From assembly GCA_043228905.1 (NCBI GenBank), contig JBHGNT010000885.1, positions 1 through 14,251 on the forward strand: a stretch of DNA of 14,251 bases, given 5' to 3'. Shown piece by piece: positions 9,315 through 14,251 of this stretch (positions within the stretch are counted from its first letter, which is position 1; each line of letters begins with the position of its first letter). The notes under the pieces are model-generated. The model worked only from the letters and a program-made list of their open reading frames with translations. It did not search any database and was not told where the DNA came from. This DNA is from Azolla caroliniana (taxonomy: Eukaryota > Plantae > Polypodiophyta). The position numbers were made by a program, and so were the translations under genes.

Positions 9315-9413
9315 TCTCACACACATACACACACATATCACTTAATCTTCTGCTTAACTTAATCACATAATTAGGTACTAATTAACCCATAATTAATCAC
9401 CTAATTATTAACA
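8935..9413 (+). repeat. 3' LTR (479 bp)
   Basis: Direct repeat of the 5' LTR, followed by the TSD GTGAA. Confidence 0.97.
9261..9310 (+). repeat. (TC)25 microsatellite inside the 3' LTR
   Basis: A perfect TC run. Only about (TC)7 is present at the equivalent position of the 5' LTR (~5761). Confidence 0.95.
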
Positions 9414-9877
9414 GTGAACATAGATTTCAAGTTGCTCTTATGTTATTCTTGAAGTTGTTCGGATATTGGAGCTACATTGATCACAATTTGGCAAACCTAT
9501 CAGATCCATGAATCTACTATTATATCGAATGACAACAAGGTGTGACTTGTTAAGTACCCGTCGTACATAACACGATTCATGAAGACATCAAAATTAATTA
9601 GCATAGGGACCAAGCTCAATGGAACATTATAGAAAAGAGGAATATAACAAAGAATTTATTCAAAGCTCTAGGTGAAAGGGCCAACCCAATTTGAGCTCTC
9701 TCCTCCCCATTCATTAATCTTTCACTTAAGTGAGTAGAGTGATTAACTTGGGATCCTAGACAACTGTATTGGAAGTTGTGGGTGCAAGATCACATAAAAT
9801 ATGTGCCTTTCTTATAATATTCTGTGAAGATTGGTAGGAAAATATTAGGTGCTAGATAATGGAAAGAGCCAACAACA

Positions 9878-10378
9878 AAATTTGTTTGTTGGACACGAAA
9901 TGGTCTTTCTCCACAACATCTCAAACAATTTCGGAAATGGCTATGGGGTATAAAAAAGAGTAGGAAAATTGTTTGTTTCCGATGGTTGTTGCTTCATAAA
10001 GCTATACTAGTTAATGGGTGGCGAAAAGGAAATGTAGGAAATGTAGTCAAGAACATCGTTTATGGAGTTGTGGTTTTGTTATGGTAATATGGAAACAAAT
10101 AATAAAATTATTAACTCAAGTATATCCTACACCAGTGTATGGATGGGGTGCAATATTATGGGCGGTGGTACATGATAAACCTATGGTATATGACAAGAGG
10201 AGGTTGTAGATGCTATTGTGATGAGATATGGTTTGATGGACAAAAATTTGATCCCTTTAAGTTCACAAATACAAAATGATAAACCTCAAATATGACAATT
10301 GGTAAGTAGTATTACAATTTGGTATATTTAGAAGGCTCAATGTTTAAAGGTATTTCAAAATGTGAATGAACAAAGTGT
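9878..10378 (+). pseudogene. Internal fragment of LINE (L1-like) ORF2: zf-RVT-like zinc-binding region and downstream W-rich segment
   Basis: The pieces read KFVCWTRNGLSPQHLKQFRKWLWGIKKSRKIVCFRWLLLHKAILVNGWRKG, then SQEHRLWSCGFVMVIWKQI...WGAILW, then QI*QLVSSITIWYI*KAQCLKVFQNV. This matches the plant L1 pattern F.W...H...V / EH..W.C......W / IW.IWK..C..VF. It has frameshifts, stops and an apparent deletion in the CxxC part. Confidence 0.8.
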
Positions 10379-11078
10379 GAGTGAGAGTTCTTGAAGTTAG
10401 GGTTATGCAACTAGAGGCTCAAGAGTGAATGAAGACCACTCTTGCCTGGTTTGCTGCCAATAAGTATTTACGAGGGTCTGAATATTGTGGCTCATGACAT
10501 CAAAATGAAGGTAGAACGTAATTGATTAATAGACATGCTCTCAATGGTGTGCACCTTGAGATCACACAAGTATTCACACAATGATATTGATGAACAACCA
10601 TGTCACAATGAACCAATTCTTCTATGAATGGACACCTTCAAGGGTACACACAAGGAACGAGGACAATGGAGATTAATAACCTTCACACTCTACTACCATG
10701 TGAAGAAAAAGATGATAAAGTTCTATAGAGGATCAAATGTATATACATAATGAAAAAGAATAAGTAAGATGTGTGTTACGCCATTATTTATGAGTAAGAA
10801 AAGGGAGAGATAGAGATACATAATAAGTTTATGTCTGTAAGACTATATAGCTGGAATTCATTATGTCGACCAAAGAGAAAGGTTGACGATACATGCAACT
10901 CTCCTTCTTCTATTGATAATGAGTATGTTTTAACCACACATCACTATATGCAAACATAGAGTTAAAAATTACAGGTTAGGAACCTCAAAGAAGTTATATC
11001 CCACAAAATTTGAGTGCATATTTTGAACTAGAGGTAAAGATGAAGAGTTAATGTTTGTGGTTTAATATTTATGACGAG

Positions 11079-11536
11079 TTTTTTTTACCAAAAAAAAAAC
11101 ACTACTTCGCATTAGTTAGCAAACAAAATACATCAAAGTTCAAACACTAAGATCCACAAGGACTAACCTTTGAGGGATCGATGTATACAACAACTCCAAA
11201 AACAACAACAAATTCAGCAAAACTCACATTGCCCTCCCCCCCACGAATCTTGTAATTATCCTCACCCCCTCTTTTACAACAAAATTATCCCACCTACTCT
11301 TTTACAACAAAGTTATCCAGGTAACACGACTATGGTAACTTACTTGTAACGCAACTATACATATTTACATCTCTTGTAGAATATTGGGAGCCATCAGTGG
11401 AAGCTGCCACATGGGTGCCTGGTAGTTCCACTTAGGCCCAGTTGAAGATTTGCCCAACATGGGAGAACCACCCCCATTTCAACAAAAACTTTGACCTTGC
11501 CATTTTTGCTTTGTCTGAATCCTCCTAAATCGAGTC
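11079..11536 (-). mobile_element. 5'-truncated LINE-type 3' tail with A8 tail and 7-bp TSD
   Basis: The minus strand reads DSI*EDSDKAKMARSKFLLKW(fs)GGSPMLGKSSTGPKWNYQAPMWQLPLMAPNILQEM* (stop at 11365-11367). It has a ~278-nt 3' UTR and ends GTAGTGTTTTTTTTTTTGGT-A8. The TSD ATGACGA is at 11071-11077 and 11537-11543. It is homologous to 2330-2658. Confidence 0.78.
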
Positions 11537-11926
11537 ATGACGAAAATTGTGACATTGAACCAATCTTATGAAGGGTAAACTTTGATATTACATTGAGACA
11601 TAAAAGCCAACCTTCCAAACTCAAAATTTGTCCTTCCACACATCACATTAATGACTTTGATGCTCTCTTTTGATCTTCTTCCTCTTGAAAAGCTTAGCTA
11701 AGAGAAAGATGACAACATGTAAGTTGGAAAAAGGTTTCCTTGGAAATGCCTTTAAGGAGTATACCTAATTCTAAATAAATTTAGAGACATATAAGGCACT
11801 CTTTATGAAATTGATAAGGAATGTTCTCTCATTGTTAAAATCCATGGTCACTATTCACTGGAATGACAAGGTGGGAATATAATCCATCATAAATGCAAAT
11901 CTAGAGCTTAACCCACCAAACCATTT

Positions 11927-12791
11927 CATTTACCCAAAGTTACTAATGTTCCATTTGTGCTATTAATGTTAGAACTGTGAGATAGCAACAATTTATCAAG
12001 ATTTTTGTGTCCTTATGAATAGAGGGGAAAAGAGTCCTTTGGCCTTTCACCAAAATTGTACTTCTTGAAGAATAAAACATTGGCATTAAACAATATATTA
12101 ATTAATGATGATGGAAAAAAATAGAACACCACTTTTTATCTAAAGCACAATATGGAATCTCGGTCAATATACACAATATGCAAGTTATTAATGTTCCATT
12201 TACCCAAAGTTACTAATGTTCCATTTGTGCTATTAATGTTAGAACCGTGAGATAGCAACAATTTATCAAGATTTTTGTGTCCTTATGAATAGAGGGGAAA
12301 AGAGTCCTTTGGCCTTTCACCAAAATTGTACTTCTTGAAGAATGAAACATTGGCATTAAACAATATATTAATTAATGATGATGGAAAAAAATAGAACACC
12401 ACTTTTTATCTAAAGCACAATATGGAATCTCGGTCAATATACACAATATGCAAGTTACTAATGTTCCATTTACCCAAAGTTACTAATGTTCCATTTGTGC
12501 TATTAATGTTAGAACCAAGTTACTAATGTTCCATTTACCCAAAGTTACTAATGTTCCATTTGTGCTATTAATGTTAGAACCGTGAGATAGCAACAATTTA
12601 TCAAGATTTTTGTGTCCTTATGAATAGAGGGGAAAAGAGTCCTTTGGCCTTTCACCAAAATTGTACTTCTTGAAGAATGAAACATTGGCATTAAACAATA
12701 TATTAATTAATGATGATGGAAAATAATAGAACACCACTTTTTTCCTAAAGCACAATATGGAATATTGGTCAATACAATATGCAAGTTGCTA
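11927..12791. repeat. Near-identical tandem triplication of a 270-bp unit plus a 65-bp partial duplicate
   Basis: CATTTACCCAAAGTTACTAATGTTCC starts at 11927, 12197, 12467 and 12532 (spacings 270, 270 and 65). Confidence 0.95.
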
Positions 12792-13590
12792 CATGTCTCT
12801 AGAAATTGTATACATTACGTTAACTTATTCAACATAAAACTCTAAACAAGATAGTGTAGTCTGTTGTTTGATCTCACCCAAATGACTATTTAGTTTATGA
12901 AGAATGAAGTTTGTATTGAGTTTTTGGGTTCAAGTCTTGAGCAATAGATTTGATGGTGTTTTCGTATACTCTCTTTACAAAATTTGACTTTTAACATTTT
13001 TCCACAACACGAGATTAAAAGGTGAATGGCACAAGGGATTAAAACCTTAACATTGTCCTTTGGATACCAATGTTAATAAATTCATAGGCATAAGCATATA
13101 TAACAAACTATTCATATCATATGAGTTAGTTGGAAGTTTTTTTTATATATGGAGAAAAGCTTGATCAAACTTTGATTGAACTATTCATATCATATAAGAA
13201 ATTTCCACTTGGGAGTTCTTTAGTGAATTGAATCTTGTTTTTCAATATGATTCACTTATTATTCACTCATGCTTTTCAAGATTTTGAAAGGGACAATCGT
13301 GAAAGGGAATGTACCTTGTTTTCAAGATCTTTATTTGACACAATTGATAGAAGTCCTTTCATTATAGCGTGACTGAAAGGGAGCTCGTCCCCTCCTTATC
13401 CTTCCAACTACTTTCTCAAGTTTCCATAAAGACAATTTCCCTTGTGCTGAAAATGTACATCACTTACGCACTGTGAGTGGTCCTTGTTTATATTATATCA
13501 AAAAAGGAATCAAGATATATAATTATGGCTCGATCCTCATGTGGATAAGATTATGTTGAGGGATGCAAGTTTAATCAAGTATATATTCTT

Positions 13591-14142
13591 TATATAGTTT
13601 CACATTACAATATATTCTTTCTCCGTCGTATTCATACTTATTCCCATTTTCTAGGTTTTTCCTATGCTACAACATTTGCATCTTGTGGCCACCAAATACG
13701 CGCACCTTCAAAAGCCTATATAATATTGAAGTGAACATTTGGTCAAACTATACTACCTATAGGTAAAGGCTTTTACTTAAATAGAGACAAGTAGCGAAAA
13801 GAGACTCTACGTACAATTTGGCTTCCGACAACACACTCACAATTCCAATTTCTTTTTTTATTGCATCTTCTTGACATGTTTTCCGGCTACTGTATTAAAC
13901 TTTCTGAAAGCAAGAGAACCAAACCCAAAAAAGACGAGTGACTTGCCATTTGAAACATGTTGTCTAGTTTATGTCAACATGTATCCCATTAGTTAGTGAA
14001 AAATCATTTGATAAATGAGAGGTGTTACATTGTTTTGAATTGTTGACATTATCCATTCTGAATACATTTTAGTACATATTGTTTCATATACCCTTGATAT
14101 AAAAGTGCGCAATGGAGGATATATAGTTTCACATTACAATAT
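13591..14142. repeat. 23-bp exact direct repeat flanking ~506 bp
   Basis: TATATAGTTTCACATTACAATAT occurs at 13591-13613 and 14120-14142. Confidence 0.8.
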
Positions 14143-14251
14143 TAGAGGAGAATTTTCTTAACTTGGAAGTTAAAGGTTATGAATTTCTTTGTGGTTAAAT
14201 CTTGTTGTATTTTATAATGGGAAATTTTGCACACTAATATCATGTATACTT

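Larger units (their letters stand above)
5439..9413 (+). mobile_element. Ty1/copia LTR retrotransposon, non-autonomous (RT/RNase H absent), 3,975 bp
   Basis: Paired LTRs with TGTT...AACA ends and a 5-bp TSD GTGAA (5434-5438 and 9414-9418). A PBS and a PPT are present. The domain order gag, zinc knuckle, protease, GAG-pre-integrase, integrase is that of copia. Confidence 0.97.

Noticed and set aside
13107-13197. 17-bp direct repeat AACTATTCATATCATAT about 73 bp apart
   Set aside because: A short AT-rich local duplication with no further structure.
13614-14119. Stowaway-like MITE (CTCCGTC ... ATGGAGGA)
   Set aside because: The inverted-repeat match is only a few bases, too weak to call TIRs.

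Overview
AT-rich eukaryotic DNA, most likely an intergenic, transposon-rich region of a land plant (bryophyte- or fern-like by my reading of the retroelement sequences; this is inference). No intact host gene is recognisable. The main features are: (1) a structurally complete 3,975-bp Ty1/copia LTR retrotransposon (5439-9413) with a GTGAA target-site duplication (TSD), primer-binding site (PBS) and polypurine tract (PPT), whose decayed gag-protease-integrase frame has lost the whole RT/RNase H region; (2) four LINE-type (non-LTR) pieces. Three are 3' tails sharing a 'KWNY..P.W' ORF2-like C-terminus and are truncated at almost the same homologous codon. One of these (3203-5174, poly(A) plus 10-bp TSD) carries about 1.8 kb of 3' cargo: a ~163-bp x ~7 tandem array and a ~197-codon decayed frame of unknown origin; (3) several local tandem duplications; (4) a SMART/PacBio ultra-low-input PCR adapter embedded in the copia element (8544-8583), which is a library or assembly artefact.
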